Shown here piece by piece: positions 18,729-28,665 of a DNA stretch of 64,000 nt. Below the pieces are notes generated by a model. That model was given only the letters and a program-made list of their open reading frames with translations. It made no database searches and had not been told where the DNA came from. The translations under genes and the position numbers were made by a program. Within the stretch, counting starts at the first letter, position 1. Every line of letters begins with the position of its first letter. Origin of the DNA: Candidatus Stahliibacteriota bacterium (GTDB taxonomy: Bacteria; Hydrothermota; Tepidihabitantia; B3-TA06); NCBI GenBank assembly GCA_004375895.1, contig SOJW01000068.1, positions 640 to 64,639 on the forward strand. The letters run 5' to 3'.

Positions 18729-20663
18729 TCATTGTGACTTCCCCCCGGAGTGTGTGTTACGGGTGTTACGGGTCACCGCGTCGAATTTACACACGTCAAG
18801 ACAAACGCCGCATTTGATGCAGGCATCCTGATCTATCACGTGGACTTGTTTGCGTTCGCCTGTAATCGCGTCAACCGGGCAGTTGCGGACGCATAAGGTG
18901 CATCCGGTGCAGTTTTCGTTGATCTCGAAGTTGATAAGCGCGGTGCACACCCCGGCAGGGCAGCGCTTATTCTTAATGTGTTCAAGGTACTCGTCGCGGA
19001 AGAAACGCAAGGTGGAAAGCACTGGGTTTGGTGCCGAGCCGCCTAAGGCACACAAAGACGAATCTTGCATCGCCTTACCCAGCTCTTCCAGGAGATCAAG
19101 GTCCGATTCCTGTCCCTCGCCCTCAGTGATACGTTTCAAAATCTCGTGGGTTTGAGATAAACCTTCCCTGCATGGCACGCACTTGCCGCAGCTTTCATCC
19201 TTCAAGAACTCGGTGAAGAACTTGGCCACGTCCACCATGCAGGTCTCGGAGTCCATAACGATCATGCCGCCCGAGCCCATCATCGAGCCTGCCTCCCACA
19301 GCCTGTCGAAGTCTACTTCAAGGTCCAAGAGATTCGCGGGGATACAGCCTCCGGAAGGCCCACCGGTCTGCACCGCCTTGAACTTTTTGCCCTCGGGTAT
19401 CCCGCCGCCGATGTCGTAGATGATTTCCCTGAGTGTAATTCCCATGGGAACTTCCACGAGACCCGCGCGGTTCACCTTGCCCACCAGGGAGAAGATCTTG
19501 GTTCCGGTAGACTCCGGATTGCCGATCGAGGCAAACCACTCCGCGCCCCGCACCGCGATTACTGGAACGTTGGCCCAGGTCTCCACGTTGTTGAGTGTGG
19601 TGGGTTGGTTCCATAAACCTTTTTCGACGGTGTGGACGTACTTGGCGCGGGGTTCGCCCGGCTTGCCCTCGATTGACGCCATAAGTGCCGTGGATTCGCC
19701 GCACACGAACGCACCCCCGCCCTTCACGATTCTGAGATCGAAGTTGAACCCGGTACCGAAGATGTCAGATCCCAAAAGACCGTGCACACGTGCGTCATCT
19801 ATCGCCTTCTCGAGCCGCTTTACTGCCAAGGGGTACTCGGCGCGGACGTATACATAGCCCTGCTGTGAACCTATGGCAAAGGCTCCGATGAGCATCCCTT
19901 CAAGGATGGAATGCGGATCGCCTTCGAGAAGCGAGCGATCCATGTATGCGCCAGGGTCGCCCTCGTCCGCGTTGCAGATAACGTAGCGGTAGCCTTCTGC
20001 GGCCTTGCAGTAGCGCCACTTGCGGCCGGTTCCGAATCCGCCGCCCCCGCGGCCACGCAGACCGGAGGCATCCACCATATCAATAACCTCGTCCGGCTTC
20101 ATCTCGGTAAGGACTCTGTAAAGGCCGCGGTATCCGCCCCGCGCAATATACTCCTCAATGGATTCAGGGTCGATGATCCCGCAGTTGCGCATCGCGATAT
20201 GTTGCTGCTTGGCGGTAAATTCCAGCCCAAACAGATTCTCCACAGCCGCAATTTCGGGCGGAACATTCTCCAGGGGATAGCGGTAGCGGGTGTTACGGGT
20301 GTAATCTTCAATCTCTTCTATCTTTCCTAAGAGCCCCTCTTTGACGACCTTGCCTTCCTTGACTGCAGAAAGAATCTCGGCGACCTGCTCCGGTTTCACG
20401 TGCGAGTAAGTTATCCTGGGCCAGCCCGGTTTGAGGATATCCATAAGCGGCTCCTCATAGCACATTCCGATACAGCCGGTTCGGGCCGACGCGGCTCCGT
20501 TGCCGAACTGTTTTAAGGTCTCTTCGACTGCATGGATGACATCCTTGGCTCCTGATGCGATGCCGCAGGTGGCAGCACCAACCATCACTTTAAGATGCGG
20601 CGGATGTATCCTGCGCTCACCCTCGGACGCTACCTTTTCCAAGTCGGCTAATGATTTTATCAT
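18729..20663 (-). CDS. NuoF/HydB-like FMN/NADH-binding subunit with N-terminal thioredoxin-like [2Fe-2S] and C-terminal ferredoxin
   Basis: GLRGRGGGGF, CNADEGDPGAYMDR, AFVCGESTAL, ESCGKCVPCREG, CALG, CTGCTLC..CP, CIKCGVC. Confidence 0.93.
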   Translation of the reverse strand: MIKSLADLEKVASEGERRIHPPHLKVMVGAATCGIASGAKDVIHAVEETLKQFGNGAASARTGCIGMCYEEPLMDILKPGWPRITYSHVKPEQVAEILSAVKEGKVVKEGLLGKIEEIEDYTRNTRYRYPLENVPPEIAAVENLFGLEFTAKQQHIAMRNCGIIDPESIEEYIARGGYRGLYRVLTEMKPDEVIDMVDASGLRGRGGGGFGTGRKWRYCKAAEGYRYVICNADEGDPGAYMDRSLLEGDPHSILEGMLIGAFAIGSQQGYVYVRAEYPLAVKRLEKAIDDARVHGLLGSDIFGTGFNFDLRIVKGGGAFVCGESTALMASIEGKPGEPRAKYVHTVEKGLWNQPTTLNNVETWANVPVIAVRGAEWFASIGNPESTGTKIFSLVGKVNRAGLVEVPMGITLREIIYDIGGGIPEGKKFKAVQTGGPSGGCIPANLLDLEVDFDRLWEAGSMMGSGGMIVMDSETCMVDVAKFFTEFLKDESCGKCVPCREGLSQTHEILKRITEGEGQESDLDLLEELGKAMQDSSLCALGGSAPNPVLSTLRFFRDEYLEHIKNKRCPAGVCTALINFEINENCTGCTLCVRNCPVDAITGERKQVHVIDQDACIKCGVCLDVCKFDAVTRNTRNTHSGGKSQ

Positions 20664-21208
20664 TTACCAGGCTTCCCGGAGGTTTGGGAGGAGGGCGAGG
20701 GCTCTGGTGGGTGTCTTACGGGTGTTACGGGTGAGGAGGGCCGATACTTCTTGATGATCTCCGGCACCTTATCCTGTCGTACGTGGGCGTGGGTCTCCTC
20801 GTCGATCATCACCGCAGGTGCGATGGAACAGCATCCGACGCATCGCACTCCCTGCAGGGTGAACTGGCCGTCTCGAGTTGTCTCGTCCTGCTCAACACCA
20901 AGATCGCGCTTGAACCGATCCATAATCAGGCTAGCTCCCTTAACGTGACACGCTGTTCCCAGACAGACATTAATTATGTGCTTACCTTTGGGTTTTAATG
21001 AGAACGCGGAATAGAACGTAGCCACATGATAGACCTGAGCTACAGGTATGCGCAATCTGGCCGCGACCTGGCGCATGGCCGCTTCGGGCAGATACCGGTA
21101 GCGCACCTGAAGCTCCTGAAGGGCCGCTATGAGAGACGCCCTCTTTTCTTCAACTTCGTTAAGGATGGTATAAGCGTTTTCGCTCACCAACCCTTTTAGT
21201 TGATCCAT
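20660..21208 (-). CDS. NuoE/HydC-like [2Fe-2S] subunit; start at ATG 21208
   Basis: VATFYSAF, INVCLGTACHVKG, VRCVGCCSIAPAVMID. Confidence 0.92.
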   Translation of the reverse strand: MDQLKGLVSENAYTILNEVEEKRASLIAALQELQVRYRYLPEAAMRQVAARLRIPVAQVYHVATFYSAFSLKPKGKHIINVCLGTACHVKGASLIMDRFKRDLGVEQDETTRDGQFTLQGVRCVGCCSIAPAVMIDEETHAHVRQDKVPEIIKKYRPSSPVTPVRHPPEPSPSSQTSGKPGK

Positions 21209-21216
21209 TGACGCGA

Positions 21217-21244
21217 ATTCTACACGGTTACTGAAGAATGTCAA
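21217..21244 (-). promoter_or_regulatory. Promoter of nuoEFG-hdr cluster, probably leaderless
   Basis: TTGACA-16-TAGAAT-TCGCGTCA-ATG. Confidence 0.7.
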
Positions 21245-21446
21245 GGATCTTCGGGGTAATTTTCTCCTCTTGCCGGGGTCTAGTGCCCCAGCTTGCACTT
21301 GCCGTCTAGTGTCGAGTGAGTGGGACAAAGTGTGAGTGGATCTAAATCCGCGTCACCGAAGGAGAACGACCGCAGGGAGTTCTAATCCGCGTACGCTTTG
21401 CGACGGAAGTAATCTGTGGTTCCTTCAACCTCCTCCCCCGGCGGGG

Positions 21447-22541
21447 CTAAGGGGTTATTGTTTCCCCTTTCCGAATCAACGCGCTTGTTTCTTTCATTTC
21501 CTTCGGAGTGCGTTTGTAGACTTTCGTAACTATACAAATGGCTGGAGGGCCTTCAATATATCTCCCTTCAACCTTCCTTGGTGTCTTAAACTCTTGTTCT
21601 ATTTCAACCATCACTAAATTTGCCCTCTGCGCCCTCTGCGCTACGTATTTTGCGTAATCAATGTTTTCTTTACCAGCGAGTATATATATGTAATCGAAGC
21701 CCTGGCTTATCGCCACTTTAACAGCTCTTATATACGGGCTTGCACCTTCCCTTCTAAACTTCTCTGGTTTAGCAATAAGGAGTATAAATATATTCATTAG
21801 ATTTCCCTGAAATCCCATCTCAATCTCCTCTCCTCGTTCTCTCATGGCCACCCTATATAGAAAGTCAAGAAATCTCTTACATTCTTGGTTCATTTCTTTC
21901 CCAGTAAGTCCTTCCCATTGCCTTATACTCAAATATGAAAATTCTCTAATCATAATTCGCGTAAAGATTCCTACAAAATCCAATTTGATCATTTTTTTTC
22001 TGAGCTCTTTAATGTTATCATAATTCTTAAAGACGGGTATCAATATTTCTCTATAAAACCTTGCCGCTAACTCTGGGTCTACTTTTCTAGCTATAATCAA
22101 CTCTGCCAAAGTATGATCCATAGCTTTTGAGAGTTCCTCCCCTAAGTAAGGTTTAGATTCGGGAATGACACCTTTTTGAGTATAGGCCAAGACGGCCGTT
22201 ACCAAGTTTTCCCACGAATCATGTTGATCTGCCATCTTTATAACAATTTTATTATCATCAAGTAAAACTTTAGCCTTTTCTGGACTTACCAGTTTCAATT
22301 CTACAAGATCCCGACCTATTCCTGCGAGTCCGGAGTCGTATATAAAGTCATTTATGGACATTTTTAGATCCTCTACTATAAATTCAACTCGGCGTTCCGG
22401 TCGGGCTTTGCTCACCTGGCGGAGGAATTTTAGTCTGATTTGACCCCGGAAATGTGGATCTCTTTGCATTCTAATTAAGAAACCAATTACTACCATTGCC
22501 AGCAAGAGTAAAATCGATAACGCGATTGTTATAGCAACCAT
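21447..22541 (-). CDS. AT-rich hypothetical protein with N-terminal membrane anchor
   Basis: Long open ORF, hydrophobic N-terminus, SD AAGGAG; no family recognised. Confidence 0.7.
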   Translation of the reverse strand: MVAITIALSILLLLAMVVIGFLIRMQRDPHFRGQIRLKFLRQVSKARPERRVEFIVEDLKMSINDFIYDSGLAGIGRDLVELKLVSPEKAKVLLDDNKIVIKMADQHDSWENLVTAVLAYTQKGVIPESKPYLGEELSKAMDHTLAELIIARKVDPELAARFYREILIPVFKNYDNIKELRKKMIKLDFVGIFTRIMIREFSYLSIRQWEGLTGKEMNQECKRFLDFLYRVAMRERGEEIEMGFQGNLMNIFILLIAKPEKFRREGASPYIRAVKVAISQGFDYIYILAGKENIDYAKYVAQRAQRANLVMVEIEQEFKTPRKVEGRYIEGPPAICIVTKVYKRTPKEMKETSALIRKGETITP

Positions 22542-22542
22542 A

Positions 22543-22992
22543 TTACTCAACTCCTTCAAAAACCGATCCGTCCATCTTTATTTTCCGGAGGCAATTTAAG
22601 CAAATTACTCTTTGCCCCTCTGATTCTGGAATAGTAAGGAAAGGCCCCACCGGATCAATCTTTTCACCACACAAACTGCAATTCTTTACCCCCACTTTAT
22701 CCAAAAATTCAATAGCCTCCCTAGTAGTAGATAGGACTCCTATTTCTCTAATCTCCGGGGCTTCAAAAAATTCAGCCTGAAGCCCAGCTTTGCTAATGTT
22801 AAACATTTTAAGTCTTTCAGGGAATGCAATTATTAGTAATATAATCCCTCCCATTATAATCACACAAAAAGGAAGAAGCCACCACTGGTGCCAAATAACT
22901 GCACACCCCGCAATAGCCAGTAAAGCTAACATCGCCACATAAGCCAATATTATCTTGACACGCAGCCAAATCCAAACAAGTGCTCTTGTCAT
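22543..22992 (-). CDS. AT-rich two-TM protein with ClpX-type C4 zinc finger; start uncertain
   Basis: Two hydrophobic helices then CSLCG...VICLNC; promoter TTGACA-16-TATAGT at 23015-23042 lies inside the longer ORF-track call. Confidence 0.65.
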   Translation of the reverse strand: MTRALVWIWLRVKIILAYVAMLALLAIAGCAVIWHQWWLLPFCVIIMGGIILLIIAFPERLKMFNISKAGLQAEFFEAPEIREIGVLSTTREAIEFLDKVGVKNCSLCGEKIDPVGPFLTIPESEGQRVICLNCLRKIKMDGSVFEGVE

Positions 22993-23151
22993 CAACAACT
23001 CTTGATATAATTTTACTATACTCCTTTTACGCTTCATGTCAAGAGTTAACCAAATTACGTCGCCAAGCTGACGCTTGGCCTTTTCCCTGGCTGTCTCCCA
23101 TCTGCTGATGTTGACAAGCATTCCAAGCGGTGTAGAATTCAGCGTGTATGC

Positions 23152-23225
23152 GCCCGGCTAGCTCAATCAGGCAGAGCGGCGGATTCTTAATCCGTAGGTT
23201 ATAGGTTCGATTCCTATGCCGGGTA
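23152..23225 (+). tRNA. tRNA-Lys (CTT), CCA not encoded
   Basis: Acceptor GCCCGGC/GCCGGGT, D arm AGCTCAATCAGGCAGAGC, anticodon arm GCGGA-TTCTTAA-TCCGT, T arm GGTTCGATTCC; promoter TTGACA-16-TAGAAT at 23111-23138. Confidence 0.95.
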
Positions 23226-23246
23226 TGGCGACAATCTGCTAATAAA

Positions 23247-23270
23247 TCAGGGGGCCTCAGGCTCCCCTGA
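23247..23270 (+). terminator. Hairpin after the tRNA
   Basis: TCAGGGG..GC-CTCAG-GC..CCCCTGA; no clear U tract. Confidence 0.4.
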
Positions 23271-23281
23271 AAGGAGGCAAC

Positions 23282-23569
23282 GTGGAACAACCGCTGACCC
23301 TTGAAGAAAAGAAACGGGTTCGCTTTGAGGCAACAATAGACATCCTTTACCTCATGAACCTTCTCGGTCTCTACGTGGGATCATTCCTGAGCCCTATCAT
23401 AGGGATTATCTACGCGATTATCCTCAAGTCCGGTTCGCTTTCCGAGCGGGCAAAAAGGGTCGGGCACATCTGTCTGATCCTTGCCCTGATCGGCCTGGGG
23501 ATATGGGTGCTGTTTATCATCATCATCGTCGTTATCGCAGTCGCGGTAGGGGTAGGATACGGCTTCTAG
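23282..23569 (+). CDS. Small membrane protein
   Basis: GTG start after AAGGAGG; 2-3 hydrophobic helices. Confidence 0.7.
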   Translation: MEQPLTLEEKKRVRFEATIDILYLMNLLGLYVGSFLSPIIGIIYAIILKSGSLSERAKRVGHICLILALIGLGIWVLFIIIIVVIAVAVGVGYGF

Positions 23570-23578
23570 GACATAGCA

Positions 23579-26374
23579 TTGGATATTAAATTGTTGAGGA
23601 GAAGAGGAGTGCTCGTCTTCTCCTCTCTTCTGCTTTTCGCATCAACCGCTTTTGCACAAAGCCCCTACTGGATATACCTGGCAAACAAGGGTGAGGGGCG
23701 CTCACCTGATGTGATGCGTGTTCATCGTTTTACCGCAGAGCGACGCCAGGCTTCAAAGTTGGCCTCTAAAGCGGGGTTCGGGGATATTCCTCTTCATCCA
23801 CGCTATCTGCGTTTGATTGAGCTCTCAGGTGCGCGCATCCGCGCCCGCTCGCGCTGGCTTAACGCAGTCAGTGTTGAAACGGACTCCATGCGCTTGGAAA
23901 GTCTGCAGGCAATGCCCTTTGTTCGTTCAGTCGAGCCCGTTGCAGTTGAGATAATCCAGTTGCCCATGAATCTAATCCAGCGCAAGGAGCCGATAGAACC
24001 TGAACACTACGGTAACACCTACACCCAGCTTGATCTCTTGAACATCCCGGCGGTTCACAACCTGGGGATATTCGGGCAGGGTGTGCGGATAGGGTTCCTT
24101 GACACAGGCTTCAAGCGCGATCACACGGTCTTTAGAACCGTTCGTTTGGGCGGTGAGCACGACTTCATCACAGGCGATGAGATCATGCTGTGGAACAACG
24201 GTCCCTCTGAGGCTGTGGTTTCGAATTACGAGATCGTGCAGCAGCCTGAGCTTCATGGAGACTGGATTTTCTTTATCGCCGACTCCACCGCTCTCAACGC
24301 AACCACAGCCCGTGTCCTATATGCCGCGCATCGTAGTGCAGGGTCGGTGGATGCAGTCCTTGCGCTCTCCGAGCCAAAAATCACCTCCACCGAGGGCATT
24401 GCCCGTTCCCACGCCATAGTAACCAAGGCAAACAGTGATACCATGCTCGTGATCTGGGAGGCCGGCTCAACAAACGATTATAGGCGGCGTGATCTGCACT
24501 GCGGGGTGCTCAGCAATACGAGTTTTAAGGAGTTTGCAAAGCTGCCGGAGTCTAATTGTCGCAACCCCTTTGTTATCTCCGACCAGAATGATACCAGTCT
24601 TTTATTCTATGTCAGGGACGATGGGGAGGTACGGATGAACCGTGCAGTATGGACACTAGATAACGTGGAATGGCTTGGAGCAAGCCAGGTATTTGCCCCT
24701 GGCGGGATCCTCGATCAACCAAAGGCCTCGGTTTCGGGAGATACCATAATAGTCGCCGCGCTTGATCTTACAAAGGGAGCACTCCATCTTGCACAAAGCC
24801 TGGATAAAGGCCAGAACTTCTCCGACATCTCATCTCCTGCAAACGAAGAGGTGGTGGCATTCGATCTTGAAGGAAATTACCTTACGGTTGCGGAGATCGA
24901 TCCTGCCTCAGGCGGTTTCAGGCTGCACTCCTTTGAAACCCTGGACGGAGGAAGCAGTTGGACTAATGATTTCATACACCCTGACGTCTTTGAGGTTATC
25001 GGAAGTATAGATCTGTTAAGCATCGCCGGTGGAGGCCTTCATGCTGTTTTTGAAAGCGCAGGAGATATACTGCTGACCAGCAGCCCTGGAGCAGTGGATT
25101 CCTGGAGTACCCCCTCCATACTGGCCCAGGAGTTTTCTTACCAACCCTACCTGGCATTCAATGCCGGCGAACTGGAGGTGGTGTGGTCTTCGCGCGGTGA
25201 TGAGGATACCGATTACGATCCTGAGGAGGACTGGAGAGACATAAACGGATTCAGCCAGCCAGCGCACGGTTCCCGCACCGCGGCGCTCGCGGTGGGCTAT
25301 CAGGGACGTTCTTATATAGGGGCTTCTCCGGGCGCAGAGCTTTACGTTGCCAAGACCGAAAAACACGTGAACCTCTACGGGTCTACGTACGAGATGCGGG
25401 TTGAGGAAGATATGTGGATCGAAGGCCTTGAATGGCTCGAGCGCAACGGTGTGGATATAGTGAACTCCTCCCTTGCCTACGGCGACTGGTACAGCCAAGA
25501 TGAGTTGGACGCTAAGACCTCACCCGCCTCTCGTGCAGCCAGCATGGCTGCAAAACGAGGTGTGCTTATCACGAACGCGGCAGGCAACGTGGAATCCGCA
25601 GCACCATACATCTCACCTCCAGGCGACGCTTATGGAATCATTACCGTAGGCGGCGTAGATACCCTGGGTAACTGGTGGGAGCATGGAGCCGGGGTTACAG
25701 GAAGTGCCGTTGGCTTGCCGGACGACGGAAGGATAAAACCGGAGCTCGTGGCTCCTGCTGCGGGTGTTTACGTAATCGATGTAGACGACACAATCAGCCA
25801 CTACTTCTACGGCAACGGAACCTCTTATGCCGCGCCTCTTGTGGCAGGAATAGCCGCACTTATGCTTGAGGTTCACCCTGAGTACCGGGGAAATCCCGAT
25901 ACCATCATCTCTTTGCTCGAGCAAAGCGCTTCAAATACCTCCTCGCCGAACGATACCATAGGCTACGGTATACCTGATGCTTACCAGGCCATACTGCCCT
26001 TGCCTGCGGACATAGACACCTTTTCACGCAACGAGCTTCTGCCGCCCTATCCTAATCCCTTCTATCCTGGCTCACAAGCCTTGATATACTTCCCGTTCCG
26101 GCTCAACAAGGCCTCTACCAGGATCAGGCTGCGCATCTTTACCTTAAGTGGGGAACGGGTCTTAGAAAAGCCGCTTGTGCCGCTTTATGCTACTGAAGAG
26201 GTTGACGACGAGATAGCCATCGGGACCTACGACGATCCCGCTGATCTTGAGCAAATAGGTGCTTTCTGGGACGGCTTGACTGAGAACGGCAAACCTGTTG
26301 CTTCAGGGCTTTATCTCGTGGTTCTTTCCACCCAGTACGGCAGCCACGCGGCTAAGTTCCTCCTGTTGCGATAG
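23579..26374 (+). CDS. Secreted S8 (subtilisin) peptidase with ~341-aa Asp-box insert and FlgD-Ig/T9SS-like C-terminal domain
   Basis: Triad GFLDTG / QPAHGS / GNGTSYAAP, oxyanion AAGN, IKPELVAP; C-terminal YPNPF...WDGLTENGKPVASGLY. Confidence 0.9.
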   Translation: MDIKLLRRRGVLVFSSLLLFASTAFAQSPYWIYLANKGEGRSPDVMRVHRFTAERRQASKLASKAGFGDIPLHPRYLRLIELSGARIRARSRWLNAVSVETDSMRLESLQAMPFVRSVEPVAVEIIQLPMNLIQRKEPIEPEHYGNTYTQLDLLNIPAVHNLGIFGQGVRIGFLDTGFKRDHTVFRTVRLGGEHDFITGDEIMLWNNGPSEAVVSNYEIVQQPELHGDWIFFIADSTALNATTARVLYAAHRSAGSVDAVLALSEPKITSTEGIARSHAIVTKANSDTMLVIWEAGSTNDYRRRDLHCGVLSNTSFKEFAKLPESNCRNPFVISDQNDTSLLFYVRDDGEVRMNRAVWTLDNVEWLGASQVFAPGGILDQPKASVSGDTIIVAALDLTKGALHLAQSLDKGQNFSDISSPANEEVVAFDLEGNYLTVAEIDPASGGFRLHSFETLDGGSSWTNDFIHPDVFEVIGSIDLLSIAGGGLHAVFESAGDILLTSSPGAVDSWSTPSILAQEFSYQPYLAFNAGELEVVWSSRGDEDTDYDPEEDWRDINGFSQPAHGSRTAALAVGYQGRSYIGASPGAELYVAKTEKHVNLYGSTYEMRVEEDMWIEGLEWLERNGVDIVNSSLAYGDWYSQDELDAKTSPASRAASMAAKRGVLITNAAGNVESAAPYISPPGDAYGIITVGGVDTLGNWWEHGAGVTGSAVGLPDDGRIKPELVAPAAGVYVIDVDDTISHYFYGNGTSYAAPLVAGIAALMLEVHPEYRGNPDTIISLLEQSASNTSSPNDTIGYGIPDAYQAILPLPADIDTFSRNELLPPYPNPFYPGSQALIYFPFRLNKASTRIRLRIFTLSGERVLEKPLVPLYATEEVDDEIAIGTYDDPADLEQIGAFWDGLTENGKPVASGLYLVVLSTQYGSHAAKFLLLR

Positions 26375-26934
26375 CCCGCACCTGAAAAGCAGGAGGGCAA
26401 AGAGAACTTAGTCATCGCGACCGACCGAAGGGTGGCGCTCTCATATGGGGCACAATGCAATGCGAGGATTTAGCTCCAAGTGTTTATTCCTCGACTACCT
26501 ATTGTCCAGGTCTCATCTTCTCCCCCTTGACGGGGGACAAAGTGCTACCGTCTGGAAGGATTGAGGTGGGTGTGAAACTATGGAGTGCAATGACCGTGTC
26601 ATTGCTGCAACAATACGATTGTTGCACTCCAAAGTGGATTTCGCGGATTTTTAACATTCATCTGCGTCAATCGGCGTTCCGAAGGGAAACCCTGATTGGG
26701 TTCCACCGGAGGAAAACGAGTGCAACGAGTTTTAATCTGCGGATTGGGGACCCCGGACGGAGAAGGAGCAGCCGTTTGGGGTGTGTTTTTTGCCCACACA
26801 AATAATAATTGCGATAACGCCCAAGGGCGAATCCCTTGGCAAACCCTTGACATATCTAAAAAGGCTTCTATACTTATACGTAGAGGAAAACGGAGGTGTA
26901 AAAACGAACCGTATCACACAGAGGAGGATGAATC

Positions 26935-28611
26935 ATGAGAAAAGCCGTAATCATAACCCTGGCCATCGCAATGATGGTCACAACCGTGATAGCCGCTCCC
27001 ACGGTTACAGCCGGAAACGGACTGCTCAGAATCCAGAACGCCGCCACGATGCATAAGGGCGCTTTAGGATTCAACCTGCACTGGGCAGGCTATCCGGTAG
27101 GCGCCTATCACTACAACGACGGCGAGATAACCACCTGGGACGGCATAGCAAGGTTAGGCGCCGGCTGGACACCTCTGGGGTTCCTTGAAGTGGGAGTGGT
27201 GCCTGCTCTGGCATACAACAGACCCAACACCGATACCGACCCTGAGACAGGTCTGTGGGACCTGGAGATCAACGCAAAGGCAAGCTATACAAAGATACCG
27301 GTTCTCAAGCTCGGCGTGCAGGTGAAAACGCTTCTTCCCGTGGGTTCCGACGCGTTCTTCCCCGAAGGCTACAACAACGGCCTTGATCTCGGGGCTCTGG
27401 CTCTTGTTACCTCCGACTTCGGCGATGTCGTGCCCCTTCCCTTAAGGATCCATCTCAACGCCGGATATCTCATGACAGGCGACGATATTGATGGTGCTGA
27501 CGTTACCGACTACATACCAATCGGCGCAGGACTCGAGGTGGATGCAAAGTATGTGGTTCTCTTCACCGAACTCTACTCCAATTATCCTCTGGACAGCGAT
27601 CAAGATGCTGATTTCTGGCTTACCCCCGGTATCCGACTCTCCCTTCCCTTCGGGATGAACTTTGATCTTGGAATGGACTTTCTTATCCTCAAACAGGAGG
27701 ACGACCCTCGCGAGAACTGGTACAGAACCTTTACTGCCGGCATATCCTGGGCAACGCCTGAGAAGAAGTACGTACCCATGGGCGCAATCTCAGGCAACGT
27801 CAAGGATGCAGAGACGAACGAAGGCCTCGTGGCCAAGCTAAGCTACTCCGGTGCAGAGACAGGCATGATAACTGCAGGCTCGATGGGATTTAAGATCGAT
27901 TCCCTTGATCCGGGCATATACACGCTCGAGGCCACAGCGGACGGATACCAGGACGCTAAAAAAACCGTGACCGTGATGGACGGCAAGGTTGCCCGGGTAG
28001 AGTTCATGCTGGAATCCAGGATGGCGACTCTTTCCGGCGCGGTTCGCGACCGTGAGACCGACGCAGGCCTGCCCGCTGCGATTCGCTTCACCGACGCTCC
28101 CATCCCCGAGGTTAAAACCGACCCCTCAACAGGTCTGTACAAGACAGAGGTTAAACCAGGCACCTACGGCGTGGAGGTCTCGTCTGAAGACTACCTGCCG
28201 CAAACCGCATCGGTTATTGTCGGCGCGGCGGGAACGAGCAGGGACTTCAACCTGATCAAGAAGGGCATGAAGATTGTCTTCCGCGGCATCAACTTCGAGA
28301 CCGCCAAGGCCGTAATCCTTCCCGAATCCTATCCTATACTTGACGAGGCGGCCAAGATCCTCAAGGAGAATCCCACTATCAGGGTCGAGATAGGCGGACA
28401 CACCGACTCGCGCGGCTCGGCGAGCTACAATCAGAGGCTCTCCCAGGAGCGTGCAGAGGCGGTAAGACTCTATCTGATTCAGAACCACTCGATCGAATCC
28501 AACCGCCTTCTGGCCAAGGGCTACGGCGAAAGCCAGCCTGTGGCACCCAACGACACCGAGGAGAACATGGCTAAGAATCGCCGGGTGGAGTTCACCATCC
28601 TGGGCAAATAG
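26935..28611 (+). CDS. OmpA-family protein: N-terminal barrel-like region, two carboxypeptidase-regulatory-like domains, OmpA C domain
   Basis: Signal peptide; INFETAKA, EIGGHTDSRGS..YNQRLSQERAEAV, GYGESQP, NRRVEF. Confidence 0.88.
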   Translation: MRKAVIITLAIAMMVTTVIAAPTVTAGNGLLRIQNAATMHKGALGFNLHWAGYPVGAYHYNDGEITTWDGIARLGAGWTPLGFLEVGVVPALAYNRPNTDTDPETGLWDLEINAKASYTKIPVLKLGVQVKTLLPVGSDAFFPEGYNNGLDLGALALVTSDFGDVVPLPLRIHLNAGYLMTGDDIDGADVTDYIPIGAGLEVDAKYVVLFTELYSNYPLDSDQDADFWLTPGIRLSLPFGMNFDLGMDFLILKQEDDPRENWYRTFTAGISWATPEKKYVPMGAISGNVKDAETNEGLVAKLSYSGAETGMITAGSMGFKIDSLDPGIYTLEATADGYQDAKKTVTVMDGKVARVEFMLESRMATLSGAVRDRETDAGLPAAIRFTDAPIPEVKTDPSTGLYKTEVKPGTYGVEVSSEDYLPQTASVIVGAAGTSRDFNLIKKGMKIVFRGINFETAKAVILPESYPILDEAAKILKENPTIRVEIGGHTDSRGSASYNQRLSQERAEAVRLYLIQNHSIESNRLLAKGYGESQPVAPNDTEENMAKNRRVEFTILGK

Positions 28612-28625
28612 ATCTGGGGAATCTA

Positions 28626-28654
28626 AAGCGCTCTGCCTAGCAGGGCGCTTCTTT
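28626..28654. terminator. Intrinsic terminator between convergent genes
   Basis: AAGCGCTCTGC-CTA-GCAGGGCGCTT followed by CTTT. Confidence 0.7.
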
Positions 28655-28665
28655 ATTCAAACCTA

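Noticed and set aside
17948-20663. Trimeric bifurcating [FeFe]-hydrogenase HydABC
   Set aside because: The A-like subunit stops at 229 aa with no H-cluster motifs.
23152-23280. tRNA-Lys as an island attachment site
   Set aside because: No duplicated tRNA 3' end found by eye, and the AT-rich genes lie on its 5' side.
26820-26860. c-di-GMP-I riboswitch suggested by GGCAAACC
   Set aside because: No downstream GAAA tetraloop/GGGACGCAAAGC elements; the segment runs into a -35 box.
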